The notes below the pieces were generated by a model, which worked only from the letters and a program-made list of their open reading frames with translations, was not told where the DNA came from and made no database searches. Shown here piece by piece: positions 63,737 to 64,000 of a stretch of DNA of 64,000 nucleotides (the first letter of the stretch is position 1; every line of letters begins with the position of its first letter). The stretch lies in sequence record NC_028829.1; one strand, 5' to 3'. The position numbers and the translations under genes were made by a program.

Positions 63737-63931
63737 TTAAAATTCGATGTTTGATGCTTGAACTGTCTGAACAGCACCGATTTTAGCAGGTTTGCCGAAA
63801 CAGTCAACACCGCCTGTGATTCTAACAGTGTAGTTGTCTTTGTTACCAAGACGGTTTACTGAGTTTTCGTCGTGTGAAACGATTTCAACTTCAGTGTATT
63901 TGCCAAAACCTTGATTGATGCGTGCTTTCAT
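63737..63931 (-). CDS. hypothetical early protein
   Basis: GAGAGAACATTATG start. Confidence 0.8.
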   Translation of the reverse strand: MKARINQGFGKYTEVEIVSHDENSVNRLGNKDNYTVRITGGVDCFGKPAKIGAVQTVQASNIEF

Positions 63932-64000
63932 AATGTTCTCTCTCTTTGTTAGTAGTCGATGTCGTTTCGATGTAGCTATAATAGGCGTTTCGTGAAATTC
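63932..64000 (-). promoter_or_regulatory. early promoter cassette (-35 beyond window)
   Basis: TATTAT(63978-83)-AGCTACATCGAAACGAC leader plus GAGAGAACATT RBS. Confidence 0.7.

Noticed and set aside
1-64000. tRNA genes, homing endonucleases, introns or inteins
   Set aside because: No cloverleaf with T-loop/D-loop consensus seen. No GIY-YIG/LAGLIDADG ORF or free-standing HNH other than EndoVII. Core genes look uninterrupted. This was by eye only; tRNAscan was not run.

Overview
A 64-kb slice of a large T4-like lytic phage genome. The gene content (rIIA/rIIB, dda, tk, denV, cd, gp31, gp49/EndoVII, Rnl2, PnuC/NadR/NatV NAD salvage, 7-deazaguanine cluster) matches what is established for KVP40-like vibriophages; this assignment is an inference. 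About 140 tightly packed ORFs lie almost all on the minus strand. The left ~40 kb is a non-conserved early region of small hypothetical genes in units driven by a repeated sigma70-type promoter cassette, with several local paralog arrays. I saw no tRNA, rRNA, CRISPR array or homing endonuclease. Most notable: (1) a ~360-bp noncoding gap at ~33.0-33.35 kb holds seven perfect co-oriented DnaA boxes next to an AT-rich inverted repeat, where the local GC skew flips while gene orientation does not; T4 itself replicates independently of DnaA. (2) The queD-folE-dpdA/tgt-like-queF-queC cluster ends in a translationally coupled stand-alone class-II glutamine amidotransferase. (3) Three monocistronic late units encode proteins with T4 capsid-targeting-like N-termini; one has a structured leader containing a 13-codon ORF. 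(4) The window also holds a K+ channel gene, an MTase plus ArdA-like pair, terminator/promoter fusion cassettes, a 9-bp-period array and an exact 150-bp tandem duplication. All family calls come from motif recognition by eye; no searches were run. Start codons were adjusted from the ORF track where an RBS or overlap supported it.
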